A stretch of DNA of 64,000 nucleotides from Spirochaetota bacterium (GCA_037481795.1 JBBFLA010000004.1:42673-106672), one strand, 5' to 3'. Positions 1 to 9,411 are shown, counted from the first letter of the stretch. Notes: generated by a model not told the origin, from the letters alone. Program-made: numbers and translations.

Positions 1-12
1 AAATTATAAAAA

Positions 13-1596
13 TTACAATTTTAATCTTATTCCAATTAAGTGATATAGATCATGTGCTCCACCAGTAATGTCAATATCAATATCGCGTTTGAATGAATAG
101 TATATACTTAAAGGAATAGTTGTATTCAAGACCATGCCTGATTCAATGCAATACTCATAGTTGTTTTCTTTCCCCATAAAATAAAGCAATTCTATGCCAA
201 CATAAGGTTTGCATGAATGACAACACGTAAAGTAATAATAAACAATAGGTTTTAAAATTAAAAAATACGGATAATGGTGCTGTGAATAAATATATGCAAC
301 GCTTATTTCATAATCTATAGTATTATAGCTGTTATCAAATTCAGAAGATTTTGGGCTGTTTAACAACATATTCAATAATAAATGATTTTTCATTGATACT
401 TCAATTGCATGGTAATTTTCGGTTTGTCCTCTGTATTCATTGCCATCATGACGCCGGTAGTGTTCATATGATATAATTAAATGGTGATAGGGGAAAATAT
501 ACTGTGCATATCCTGATTTAATAGAGATATTAATAAATCTTGGATACAGTGCAGTAGGTTGGTCTTCTGAGTTGTGATTAAGATAAGAAGTGAAATATGC
601 ATAATTTTTATCACTAATCAATTGTTGCAATGTTATTGCAAGATCTGTTGTGAAATTGTAATATTCACTGCTCATTGTTTTAGCATATCCTGCCAGAAAG
701 TGGAGTGATGTATTATTTGTTTTTGTTTCATGTTTAGTATCCCTGAAATCATTGTAATAATAATTTCCAATTAATGATTGTGCTTTAAGTCCAAACGCAA
801 AATATGTATCTGTCATTCCTGGATATAAACTATCATGAACCATACCATAACACCAGTACGGAATAAATGTTACAGCGGATGATGGCACCATGCATCCCAA
901 TTCTATAATCCTGTTTAAAGATAAAGTATTGTCAGGATATACTAAACCATCGATCTGAATTTCTATAAAGGGAATACCGTATGGGAAGCAAGGAATGTCA
1001 TATCTAATGATAGCACTACTCATGTATTTGTATTCGGGCACTTTACTCAAAAATGGATATCCAATATAAAAACTATAATGAAAATTTTTAAAAGAAAGAA
1101 AAGGAGAATTGTAGCTATATGTGGGATCGTAACCAGCTTGCATCCCATTGCTATACCATTTAATTCCAATTCCATACCATCGCAGCTCAGTGCCAATACT
1201 CCTTTGTGGTTTATCTATTGTATTATTGCAAATATGATTAAAAGTTATTCCTATCTGTGAATTTGGTAATTGATAGGAAATGTAGGCAAAATCCATATAA
1301 TAAGAAATGCGATATGGATAATATGTAGCATTATGTCTTTTTAAGGTGTAAATATTTTCCTTTACATACATGGAAACTTTCCACGTATTATACCAGAAGA
1401 TCTGAAGATCAACTTCTTTAACCTGTTTTGCTGTAAAACCAACATCGCTTTCTATTATGCTATAATCCAGTGAAAGTGCAGCCTGAGGCAAAAAACAAAA
1501 ATTATTATAAAATAATAATGCTTGAGATTGCGAGTAGAAAGAAAAAATAAAAAATAAAATTATAATCATGGTGATTATGTATGTTTTAATCTGCAT
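13..1596 (-). CDS. Tyr/Asn-rich secreted protein, probable outer-membrane beta-barrel protein (hypothetical)
   Basis: Long ORF; internal Met followed by a classic signal peptide (MQIKTYIITMIIILFFIFSFYSQSQA); aromatic-rich alternating pattern typical of OM beta-barrels. No recognisable family. Confidence 0.45.
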   Translation of the reverse strand: MQIKTYIITMIIILFFIFSFYSQSQALLFYNNFCFLPQAALSLDYSIIESDVGFTAKQVKEVDLQIFWYNTWKVSMYVKENIYTLKRHNATYYPYRISYYMDFAYISYQLPNSQIGITFNHICNNTIDKPQRSIGTELRWYGIGIKWYSNGMQAGYDPTYSYNSPFLSFKNFHYSFYIGYPFLSKVPEYKYMSSAIIRYDIPCFPYGIPFIEIQIDGLVYPDNTLSLNRIIELGCMVPSSAVTFIPYWCYGMVHDSLYPGMTDTYFAFGLKAQSLIGNYYYNDFRDTKHETKTNNTSLHFLAGYAKTMSSEYYNFTTDLAITLQQLISDKNYAYFTSYLNHNSEDQPTALYPRFINISIKSGYAQYIFPYHHLIISYEHYRRHDGNEYRGQTENYHAIEVSMKNHLLLNMLLNSPKSSEFDNSYNTIDYEISVAYIYSQHHYPYFLILKPIVYYYFTCCHSCKPYVGIELLYFMGKENNYEYCIESGMVLNTTIPLSIYYSFKRDIDIDITGGAHDLYHLIGIRLKL

Positions 1597-1795
1597 GATT
1601 CCATTTGCAATTTCAATAGATATGAATATAAAACACATTTATACAAGGATAGTGAGCAAAAAATACATTACATTATACAAAAAAGGGAGTCAAAGAAAAT
1701 AATTTTTTTAAATATATTTCACTTGACATAAAATATTTTTTCTATTAAATAGAAAACGATAATATTATTTTAACAAAACATAAGGGGGATTTTTT

Positions 1796-2329
1796 ATGAA
1801 GTTTTTAAAAAGGTCGCCAATAGTTGCTGTAATAGTGGCACTGGCACTATGTTTAGGGATTGCGGTTGCATATGCATTAACAGTTGGACAGACAGTTCAG
1901 AATATTGAACTGAGAGATGCTGAAAACAACCCTACCATGATACCATTATTGGGAACAAAATTAGTATCAATATTTTATAATGATGCTGACGCTGCTGATC
2001 TTAATGACCCACTGGCAGATGCATTGAAGGCAAAGAATTTCCCAAAAGAAAAGTATGAAGGTATGGGAATAGCAAATTTAAAAGATTCCAAGGCACCCAA
2101 CTTTATAATCAGAAAAATTATACAGGGGAAAATCAAAAAGTACAATTCAAAAATATTAACTGATCCCGATCTTATCCTGGCTAAAGCCTGGAATCTTGGT
2201 GATTGCAATAATACATCTGTTGTTATCTTCATTGGAAAGGATATGAAGGTTAAATATGTCCACAAAGGAGCTGTACGTGGCGAGGAAATTAACAAGGTTG
2301 TAAAGATGGTTGAGGATTTAATCAAATAG
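1796..2329 (+). CDS. YtfJ-family periplasmic protein
   Basis: Signal peptide. By recall, the C-terminal block (SVVIFIGKDMKVKYVHKGAVRGEEINKVVKMVEDLI) resembles the E. coli YtfJ C-terminus. Good RBS AAGGGGGA before the ATG. Confidence 0.55.
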   Translation: MKFLKRSPIVAVIVALALCLGIAVAYALTVGQTVQNIELRDAENNPTMIPLLGTKLVSIFYNDADAADLNDPLADALKAKNFPKEKYEGMGIANLKDSKAPNFIIRKIIQGKIKKYNSKILTDPDLILAKAWNLGDCNNTSVVIFIGKDMKVKYVHKGAVRGEEINKVVKMVEDLIK

Positions 2330-2359
2330 CTTGTACTATATTGTATTAAGTCAAAAAAA

Positions 2360-2389
2360 GGGATGTTGTGAAAACACATCCCTTTTTTT
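2360..2389 (+). terminator. Rho-independent terminator (bidirectional; A-run upstream, T-run downstream)
   Basis: Hairpin GGGATGT...ACATCCC followed by TTTTTTT; sits between the YtfJ-like gene and the minus-strand tRNA. Confidence 0.7.
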
Positions 2390-2412
2390 ATTGTTCAAAA
2401 AAATTTTTAAAT

Positions 2413-2487
<75 letters not shown>

Positions 2488-2747
2488 ATTTAGTTTTGAA
2501 CTATAGTTATTTACTGTAGCAAATAATTCAACAATTTTTTATAAAGATTTAGACTTATACATAAAATGATTAATAAATGCTACACAAAAATAGTAAAGCA
2601 CAATCCATAAAGAAAACAAAAATATAATCTTGTTTGTATAACCATTTAAAACATACTCTACCACTTGCTTAGTATTCTATAATACCTAATATGCAATATA
2701 GAATTCATAATATAATTCAAAAACATCTGGATAAAGATATAAAAAAC

Positions 2748-2790
2748 TTGACAAATATTTGAATAATCAAATATTGACAAATCAAATATA
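2748..2790 (+). promoter_or_regulatory. Putative promoter/operator upstream of the MBL-hydrolase/MarR pair
   Basis: Two TTGACAAAT boxes (2748 and 2774), a perfect 10-bp palindrome CAAATATTTG (2752-2761) and CAAATAT repeated 3x; immediately upstream of the ATG at 2807. Confidence 0.35.
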
Positions 2791-2806
2791 TGTTAAGGAT
2801 TTACTT

Positions 2807-3601
2807 ATGAAAATAACAATAATTGATAAATGCAAAGTCTATACTTGCATATCTGGATTTATGCCACCTTTCCAGCTTGTTGTTAACTTTTACAATGCCG
2901 ATGGACTATTGATTGATGCCGGATCAGCAAATATATTAAAAAAAACATCTCAAATTCTTAAAAGTGAAACTATAAATGCTATAGCTTTGACACATGTTCA
3001 TGAAGACCATACCGGAATGGCTCACTGGTTGCAGGAAGAAAAAAACATTCCCATATATATACACAAAAATTCAATAGAGGAAGCATCTCAAAACAGCAAT
3101 ATACCTTTGTATAGAAAGATTGTATGGGGAAATAGAAAAGGATTTATTGCGCAGCCCATTCCTGAAGTTTTAAAAACAGAACATTATACATTTGATGTAT
3201 ATGATGCTCCCGGACATCATCCCTGTCATATTGTATTGCATGAAAAGAATATGGGCTGGCTTTTTACTGGTGATCTTTTTGTCAGTATACGCCAGATGGT
3301 TGCTTTCAAAGACGAAAATATTAATGATACTATAGTGTCATTACAAAAATTACTCTCTTTAGATTTTGATATGGTATTCTGTGGCCATTCAGGGGTACAT
3401 AAAAATGGTAGAGAAAAAATGAAAAGAAAAATGGAGTATTTCATGGATATTCAGTCAAAAGTAGATGCACTTAAAGAAAAAGGATATACAATAGAAGAAA
3501 TAGATAAAAAACTTTTCCCAAAAAGAAACCTGTGGACTATTGTATCAGGAGGGGAATGGTCTTCACTTAATATTGTTAAAACAGTGTATTCTAGAGTATA
3601 A
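2807..3601 (+). CDS. MBL-fold metallo-hydrolase
   Basis: HVHEDHTG (HxHxDH) zinc motif. ORF track start 2759 is a TTG; ATG at 2807 has RBS AAGGA. Confidence 0.75.
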   Translation: MKITIIDKCKVYTCISGFMPPFQLVVNFYNADGLLIDAGSANILKKTSQILKSETINAIALTHVHEDHTGMAHWLQEEKNIPIYIHKNSIEEASQNSNIPLYRKIVWGNRKGFIAQPIPEVLKTEHYTFDVYDAPGHHPCHIVLHEKNMGWLFTGDLFVSIRQMVAFKDENINDTIVSLQKLLSLDFDMVFCGHSGVHKNGREKMKRKMEYFMDIQSKVDALKEKGYTIEEIDKKLFPKRNLWTIVSGGEWSSLNIVKTVYSRV

Positions 3602-3604
3602 AAC

Positions 3605-4039
3605 ATGGAACAGCGATTATATTATAGTTTAAACAAAACACAAAATAGCCTTCATCAGTATGTAAAACATATATTACAAAAAAAAGGGTTAAAGGCTTCA
3701 CCTGCTCAACTGGGTATAATGTTTTTGTTACAGGAAAAAAATAATTTATCAATGAGTTATATAAGCAATGTACTGGAACTAGATAATTCAGCTATTACCA
3801 GAAGTATAGACAGGCTGGAAAAATTTGGTTTTGTTAAAAGACTAATCAACAATAATGACCGAAGAGAATTTTCAATAGAAATTACGGAAAGGGGATTGTT
3901 GGAAATACAGAAAGCACAAAAAGTTATCAAAGAAATTAATAATTTTATAGAAAGTAAAATAAAGAAAGAGCGTCTTGTTGCATTTAAAGAGATACTGGAT
4001 GAACTGAATGGCATATTGCGTAAAGAATTACAGAAATGA
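3605..4039 (+). CDS. MarR-family transcriptional regulator
   Basis: Winged-helix region LSMSYISNVLELDNSAITRSIDRLEKFGFVKR...DRRE typical of MarR; 144 aa; 3 bp after the MBL gene. Confidence 0.75.
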   Translation: MEQRLYYSLNKTQNSLHQYVKHILQKKGLKASPAQLGIMFLLQEKNNLSMSYISNVLELDNSAITRSIDRLEKFGFVKRLINNNDRREFSIEITERGLLEIQKAQKVIKEINNFIESKIKKERLVAFKEILDELNGILRKELQK

Positions 4040-4058
4040 GTTTTTTTATAAGAGTATA

Positions 4059-4694
4059 TTATTTAAATAAAGATTTCTTCTTAATATACCAGAAAATAAA
4101 ATCTAAATGGGATATTGGTATTTCAATACTTTTACAAAATTCCTGCATGCCATGTTCAATATCTTTATACCGTTGTGGTGTCAAAGTGTTGGGAATTGTA
4201 TCAATAACGTGAAAATCCTTAAGGCATTGCAAAATATGCCTGTCAAGGATTGCAAGTTCCAGCCCAATGCCAATGTTTCGCAAAAAATGGCTGGATTCTT
4301 TGTATCCTAATCCATCAACGCTTTTAACCAGCTTATCTCTTGTTGCGTAAATGTCATTTCCCTGCAAAAATTCCTTCAATGAACTATCGCCAAATAAATC
4401 AACAGCCTTTTTAATGTATTTGGCTTTGTTATGTTTAAACCGCACAGGATGAATAATTGTGCTGATTTCCTCAATTGTTCCATTATACAGTTTGCCTGAA
4501 TTAAAAAGCGCTAATGCCTTCTCCCAGCACAAATTAGCGTTGCTCTGTGGAGTAAGCAGGCAAAATACCAGTTCAAGCAAAAGATATTGGGTAGTTTCAT
4601 GCCACAGACGCTTGAAAGAGTTAATTCGCAGTTGAATCTGGAATTCCAGTTGATGGCAAAGTTGATGCAGGGTTTGAATATCACAATTTTCCAT
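4059..4694 (-). CDS. ogg: N-glycosylase/DNA lyase, Ogg2/archaeal-type 8-oxoguanine DNA glycosylase (HhH-GPD)
   Basis: ~210 aa; HhH-GPD-like motif VDGLGYKESSHFLRNIGIG; size and motif match the thermophile/archaeal Ogg family. Confidence 0.65.
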   Translation of the reverse strand: MENCDIQTLHQLCHQLEFQIQLRINSFKRLWHETTQYLLLELVFCLLTPQSNANLCWEKALALFNSGKLYNGTIEEISTIIHPVRFKHNKAKYIKKAVDLFGDSSLKEFLQGNDIYATRDKLVKSVDGLGYKESSHFLRNIGIGLELAILDRHILQCLKDFHVIDTIPNTLTPQRYKDIEHGMQEFCKSIEIPISHLDFIFWYIKKKSLFK

Positions 4695-4965
4695 TAATGG
4701 TTCTGGCTACCTGTATTAAGCTTTCAATCCTGTGCATCAGGGTATCAAGAAATGTACTCTGGGGGTATAGGGAATATAGCTTCATGATCTCACTGTAATA
4801 TTGGTGCAGTAAAGCGTTAAGTGTGCTTTTCTGTGTTGGATCAACAATAATGTCATTTAGTGTATCTTGTAATTTATTATTCAGATGCGATAGTTCCTGA
4901 ATATCGCTCACATCCTGCAAAAAAGTCCGTGAAAGGTCAATAAGCATTGACAGAAGAGCATCCAT
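4681..4965 (-). CDS. Hypothetical small protein (94 aa), co-operonic with ogg
   Basis: ORF tightly packed between the methyltransferase and ogg (overlaps ogg by 14 nt); no family recognised. Confidence 0.4.
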   Translation of the reverse strand: MDALLSMLIDLSRTFLQDVSDIQELSHLNNKLQDTLNDIIVDPTQKSTLNALLHQYYSEIMKLYSLYPQSTFLDTLMHRIESLIQVARTINGKL

Positions 4966-4976
4966 AGTGTTTATAG

Positions 4977-5222
4977 CTATTCTTTGATATTTTGAATATA
5001 GTGATAGCCTTTGTGTGTTAAAAAAAGCTTGCCCGGGAATTTTGATTCAATCATTTCAATGAATTCTAATTTATTAACCAGCTCCTGAAGAACTGTATTG
5101 CGTTCTGACTGGGGGATTTCATTGAGTATATCAACTGGCATGGGCACGCCAGCTTTAATATCATTGCCATATTTATCTTTAAAAGCCTGCAGGATCATCT
5201 TTGCGTGGTAGCTTACTGTCAT
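4977..5222 (-). CDS. Hypothetical small protein (81 aa)
   Basis: ORF 22 nt downstream of the methyltransferase and 11 nt upstream of the 94-aa ORF; no family recognised. Confidence 0.4.
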   Translation of the reverse strand: MTVSYHAKMILQAFKDKYGNDIKAGVPMPVDILNEIPQSERNTVLQELVNKLEFIEMIESKFPGKLFLTHKGYHYIQNIKE

Positions 5223-5244
5223 AGAGTACTCCAGAAAAAGTAAA

Positions 5245-5814
5245 TTAATGTTTAAAAGCTTTGGCCATGTATGTAAACATAGTTAGCTTTTTAACAGTGA
5301 TTCCGGTAAATCCTGTTTCTTCAAGCAATTTTTTTACATACTCAGCGCTTATGCGCTCTTGTTTTGGTGGGCCAAAAATGGCATACTTGCTAAATTCAAT
5401 GATTATAATCTTACCGCCTTTTTTCAATGCTCTGTGAACATTAACAAGCATTTCTTTTTTGTCTTCAACTTCATGCAATACAAAACTCATAAATGCAAAC
5501 GTTGCCAAATCTTCAGGCACTGATGGGTTATTTTCGCTGGAATGTATTATTTCAATATTATTAATGTTTTGTTTTTTTATTTTGTGCGATAGTAACTGTA
5601 ACATTTCCTCCTGCGTATCAATAGCAATGACTTTGCCGCAAGTTAGAATCTGCGATGCCGGAATGCTGAAATATCCAGTCCCTGCACCAATATCAAGAAA
5701 GATGTCATTGCTTTTTAAACCAATTGTGCGTAATATCCTTGATGGCGGGAAAAATATCTTTCTTAATGTGCTGTCAAGATGTTTTGCGTGCTGTGGATGA
5801 AATGTATGTGGCAT
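5245..5814 (-). CDS. Class I SAM-dependent methyltransferase (Methyltransf_11-like)
   Basis: Motif I LDIGAGTGYFS; ~190 aa small-molecule/protein-type MTase fold. Confidence 0.75.
   Translation of the reverse strand: MPHTFHPQHAKHLDSTLRKIFFPPSRILRTIGLKSNDIFLDIGAGTGYFSIPASQILTCGKVIAIDTQEEMLQLLSHKIKKQNINNIEIIHSSENNPSVPEDLATFAFMSFVLHEVEDKKEMLVNVHRALKKGGKIIIIEFSKYAIFGPPKQERISAEYVKKLLEETGFTGITVKKLTMFTYMAKAFKH
5584..5598 (-). repeat. Copy of dispersed motif GTWACTATCGC (consensus ACAGTWACTATCGCCCC)
   Basis: GTGCGATAGTAACTG on + strand, inside the methyltransferase CDS. Confidence 0.8.
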
Positions 5815-5930
5815 GGTGTTTTGCCCCTCTGTTTATGATTGTAGGAATACCACGTATGGTTTTCATACACTCTATTTGTTAACAAAAGTCAAATACTATT
5901 TTCCCAACATTATGTCACAAAAATTATTAT

Positions 5931-5956
5931 AAAGGATTTTTATAATATGCCGATAC
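5931..5956 (+). promoter_or_regulatory. Candidate sigma-28 (FliA/SigD)-type promoter upstream of flgB
   Basis: TAAA-N14-GCCGATAC matches the sigma-28 consensus TAAA-N15-GCCGATAA; located 36 nt upstream of the flgB ATG. Confidence 0.4.
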
Positions 5957-5991
5957 ACTAAGTGGAAACGAATAGCACGAGGTATGTCAGA

Positions 5992-6420
5992 ATGTTTGAA
6001 TACAGTAAAATGATGCAAACCAATTACCTTCTTGAAAAGGCATTAGATGTGGAGTCTCTGCGCCGTAAGGTAATTGCAAACAATATTGCTAACGTAGATG
6101 TGCCACATTTTAAACGAAGTGAGGTTAATTTTGAAAGTGAGTTAAAACGGGCAATAGCTCATAATATGGATCCAATGAAGAATGTTGTGGCTCTTAAAAC
6201 TGATCCGCGGCATTACGATTTCTTTGAACCAAAAGATATCACAAGCGTACAACCCAGGGTTAATTTAGATTATACCACTACTTACCGGAATGATGGCAAC
6301 AATGTGGATGTGGAAAAAGAGATGGTGGATGCTGCAAAAAATCAGATGCGGTATAATGCATACGTGACAAGTTTAAATGAAAATTATAAAATACTAAAAA
6401 TGGTAATGAGAACAGTATAG
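5992..6420 (+). CDS. flgB: Flagellar basal-body rod protein FlgB
   Basis: LRRKVIANNIANVDVPHFKRSEVNFE matches the FlgB N-terminal rod motif. ORF track start 5962 is GTG; ATG at 5992 has RBS GAGGT. Confidence 0.85.
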   Translation: MFEYSKMMQTNYLLEKALDVESLRRKVIANNIANVDVPHFKRSEVNFESELKRAIAHNMDPMKNVVALKTDPRHYDFFEPKDITSVQPRVNLDYTTTYRNDGNNVDVEKEMVDAAKNQMRYNAYVTSLNENYKILKMVMRTV

Positions 6421-6434
6421 TGAGGTAACAGTGT

Positions 6435-6899
6435 ATGGGAATGTTTGATAGTTTCAACATATCGTCTACCGGATTGACAGCTCAGCGATTGCGGATGGAT
6501 GTTATCAGCAATAATATTGCCAATGCAACTACTACACGCACACCTGAAGGTGGTCCATATAAGCGCAAACGGGTAATATTTGCACCCGTGAATATACGAC
6601 CATTTTACAAATCGCCACTGGTACCCAAGCGTATTGATCATGGTGAACCAAAAGGTGTGCGGGTTGTTAAGATAGAAGATGATAATTCAGAATTCAGGCT
6701 TGTATATGACCCATCACATCCCGATGCAATTAAAACAGGACCAAAACAGGGATATGTTGAAATGCCCAATGTTAATGTAGTTATGGAAATGACCGATCTG
6801 ATATCCGCATCACGTTCGTATGAGGCCAACGTAATGATGATTAACAATGCCAAATCAATGTTTTCAAAAGCACTGGAAATTGGCAGAGGTGGCGTATAA
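6435..6899 (+). CDS. flgC: Flagellar basal-body rod protein FlgC
   Basis: MFDSFNISSTGLTAQRLRMDVISNNIANATTTRT and C-terminal SRSYEANVMMINNAKSMFSKALEIGR are canonical FlgC. Confidence 0.9.
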   Translation: MGMFDSFNISSTGLTAQRLRMDVISNNIANATTTRTPEGGPYKRKRVIFAPVNIRPFYKSPLVPKRIDHGEPKGVRVVKIEDDNSEFRLVYDPSHPDAIKTGPKQGYVEMPNVNVVMEMTDLISASRSYEANVMMINNAKSMFSKALEIGRGGV

Positions 6900-6924
6900 A
6901 TTTTTTTAGTAAAGGAGTAAAGTC

Positions 6925-7095
6925 ATGTATTTTGAAAAAGGATATATAAACGAAATAAACTGCTCACATGAACTATCAACTCCACCCACATTAAACAGGC
7001 GAAAAAGTCAGTGGCAACAGATGGGGTTTGGCGAGCGACCTATAATTGAATCCAGAATATTGTCAGGGAGTGTACGGTATGATTCAGGAAAGTAA
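6925..7095 (+). CDS. Possible small ORF (56 aa) between flgC and fliE
   Basis: ATG preceded by a strong RBS AAAGGAG (7-nt spacing), 25 nt after the flgC stop; overlaps the probable fliE start. Below the ORF-track size cutoff; no homology recognised. Confidence 0.3.
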   Translation: MYFEKGYINEINCSHELSTPPTLNRRKSQWQQMGFGERPIIESRILSGSVRYDSGK

Positions 7096-7408
7096 TGGAA
7101 TAACAAAATCAAATATCTTTGTAATGAAGACATCGCATCCGTTGCATTACAGCGATAAGCCGCAAAAACAGCAGGATGATGATGTTGCCAGTTCATTTAT
7201 GGATGCACTGAAAAATGCTTTAGTGAAAGTTAACGACCTTCAGGTGGATGCTGAGGATCTAACACAGCAGATGATATATGAACCTGAGTCAGTGGATATT
7301 CACACGGTAATGATTGCACAGCAAAAAGCTGAAATTGCGTTAAGTTTAACAAAAGCAATTCGTGATGAGGCAATCAGGGCATATCGTGAACTTATTAATC
7401 TCAGGTAA
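7079..7408 (+). CDS. fliE: Flagellar hook-basal body complex protein FliE
   Basis: C-terminal VDIHTVMIAQQKAEIALSLTKAIRDEAIRAYRELINLR is the FliE signature. ORF track start 7046 is TTG; ATG at 7079 with RBS GGGAG gives ~109 aa. Confidence 0.8.
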   Translation: MIQESNGITKSNIFVMKTSHPLHYSDKPQKQQDDDVASSFMDALKNALVKVNDLQVDAEDLTQQMIYEPESVDIHTVMIAQQKAEIALSLTKAIRDEAIRAYRELINLR

Positions 7409-7460
7409 TGAATGATGCTTTGCAAACATAATAAAATTACCACAATTTTTAGTAAATTAA

Positions 7461-7489
7461 TTGACTTTTTAATACTGGTGTTTTATTAT
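7461..7489 (+). promoter_or_regulatory. Candidate sigma-70-type internal promoter upstream of fliF
   Basis: TTGACT-N17-TATTAT in the 228-bp fliE-fliF gap. Confidence 0.3.
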
Positions 7490-7636
7490 GTTTGTTGTGA
7501 AAATGGATTATGTCACTTTGCAAGGAATATATACTATGAACTATCGCCCTGTATTTTTTTTGATAATACCGGATATTCCGGGGATTACAGTAAAGCATAG
7601 TGTACATAATCACTAAGGTATGGGAGGGATCAGGGT

Positions 7637-9334
7637 ATGGAATTTTTTACCAAGATATTTAATCAGCTGAAAGAGATTTATTCAAAATTAGATACAACCA
7701 AAAAGATCATTATTGGCGTGGTTACCGGTGTACTTGTTATTGCATTTATTGTGTTGTTTTCGGTTTCATCGCAGAAAGCCAATGTGGTTTTATTTGCAGA
7801 TCTTCCCAGTGATGAGTTTGGGCAGGTTACCAAGAAACTTGAAGAAATGGGTTTTCATTATACAACATCTGGTACAACAACAATCCTTGTAAATCCCGAT
7901 CAGCGTGAAATTATTCTGACCAGGCTTGCTCAGGAAAATATGATTCCCAAGGGTATTCCGGGGTGGAAGCTTTTTGATATTTCAAAATGGACCGAAACGG
8001 ATAAAGAATTAAATGTAAAATATATGCGGGCATTGCGGGATGAAATTAAGCGGCATATTGAATCATTGAAAAATGTAGATAAGGCAGATGTTGAAATAGC
8101 AATAACCGAAGATGAGTTATTTGTTGATAAAGAAAATGCGTATACAGCTGCAGTTACCGTGTATCTGGCTCCAGGATATGATGTGCTTTCAAAAAAGGAA
8201 ATTAAAGGTATTCAGTATTTAGTTGCAAGAGCTGTAGGAACAAAATTAAAACCTGAAAATGTAACTGTGACTGATGAATATGGCAAGATTATTTCTGATT
8301 TTGATGATCAATTTGATAAAGCTAAAGAAGAATATACGCTCTTAGAATATAGAAAAAAGATAGAAGAAAAAGCGCGTGTGCAGATGCTGAAAGAAATTCG
8401 TGCGGGTTTAGAAAAGATATTCTCTCCTGATCGTATTCAGATTGTGCGCCTCAATATGGATTTTAACTGGGATAAGATTCAGGAAGAACAGGAAGAATAT
8501 ACACCAATAGAAATGGAAAAGGATAATCCTCTTACACCGTATTCTGAACGCAAGGTCAAAGACTCGTTAACTATCTCCAAAAAATCAACTAAAGAGCATT
8601 TTCAGGGGCATGGATGGAATCCAGAAGGCCCAGCAGGGACTGAAGGAAATAAACCACCTGGATACAAAGCAAGTGATGATCAGTTTGCAAAATATGATAA
8701 AGAAGAAAATGTTGAAAACAATGCTGTTAACAAGACAGTGCGCAAGATTGAACGTGATCCGTATGATGTAGCAAGTGTTTCTGTTGCAATTGCCATTGAC
8801 GGATATCAGGATTTGCCACGGCTTCCTGATGGAAGCTATGATTTAGATCCAACCAAAAAGCCGGTACAGGTTCCGCTAACTGAAGATGAACTGCGGCAGG
8901 CGGAAAATATTGTAAAAAAAGCAATTAATTTCAATCCTGCACGTGGTGACCAGGTTGCTGTTGAAAATATCATGTTTGACAGAACCAAACAGTGGGATGA
9001 GGTGCGAGAAGAATTTAGAAAGAAGGAACAGTTTAAGCGGATGTTGCTTGCAGCGCTGGTTGGAATTCTGGCATTATTCTTAGGTGTTGTATTATTCAGG
9101 GCTATTTCCCGTGAACTTGCCCGTAGAAGACGAATACGTGAAGAACAGCTTGCGCTTGAACAGCAGCGTATGCGCGAAGCTGCCCTACGAGCTGCTGAAG
9201 AAGAAGGTATTGATGTTGAACTGTCGCTTGAAGAAAAAGCAAGGCTTGAGCTGCAGCAGAATGCCATTAATCTTGCACGTGAACGCCCGGATGATGTGGC
9301 GCAGTTATTAAGGACGTGGCTGGCAGAAGAATAA
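7637..9334 (+). CDS. fliF: Flagellar M-ring protein FliF
   Basis: 565 aa; N-terminal TM helix; RBS GGGAGGGA; FliF/YscJ-like domain; C-terminal TM and Glu/Arg-rich tail. Confidence 0.9.
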   Translation: MEFFTKIFNQLKEIYSKLDTTKKIIIGVVTGVLVIAFIVLFSVSSQKANVVLFADLPSDEFGQVTKKLEEMGFHYTTSGTTTILVNPDQREIILTRLAQENMIPKGIPGWKLFDISKWTETDKELNVKYMRALRDEIKRHIESLKNVDKADVEIAITEDELFVDKENAYTAAVTVYLAPGYDVLSKKEIKGIQYLVARAVGTKLKPENVTVTDEYGKIISDFDDQFDKAKEEYTLLEYRKKIEEKARVQMLKEIRAGLEKIFSPDRIQIVRLNMDFNWDKIQEEQEEYTPIEMEKDNPLTPYSERKVKDSLTISKKSTKEHFQGHGWNPEGPAGTEGNKPPGYKASDDQFAKYDKEENVENNAVNKTVRKIERDPYDVASVSVAIAIDGYQDLPRLPDGSYDLDPTKKPVQVPLTEDELRQAENIVKKAINFNPARGDQVAVENIMFDRTKQWDEVREEFRKKEQFKRMLLAALVGILALFLGVVLFRAISRELARRRRIREEQLALEQQRMREAALRAAEEEGIDVELSLEEKARLELQQNAINLARERPDDVAQLLRTWLAEE

Positions 9335-9382
9335 TGTTGTAATTGGTGAATGCTAAAAGACCGATATACTAATAGGCTGGTG

Positions 9383-9411
9383 TTGACTTTGAAGAGGGTG
9401 TGTTATATACT
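9383..9411 (+). promoter_or_regulatory. Candidate sigma-70-type internal promoter upstream of fliG
   Basis: TTGACT-N17-TATACT in the 140-bp fliF-fliG gap. Confidence 0.35.

Noticed and set aside
1078-1260. Numerous 60-140-codon ORFs antisense to or nested in large genes (e.g. 1078..1260, 8836..9267, 10678..11280, 39401..39844, 45431..45814, 62405..62794)
   Set aside because: They overlap well-supported genes on the opposite strand or in another frame. They show low-complexity Ser/Ile-rich translations typical of antisense readings of AT-rich coding DNA, and have no RBS.
1722-1751. Possible sigma-70 promoter TTGACA-N17-TAAATA upstream of the YtfJ-like gene
   Set aside because: The -35 is perfect but the -10 is poor (TAAATA). 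Not reported as a feature.
7412-7600. 62-codon ORF in the fliE-fliF intergenic gap
   Set aside because: No RBS, odd Cys/Tyr-rich composition, and it overlaps the candidate promoter and a copy of the dispersed motif. More likely non-coding leader DNA.
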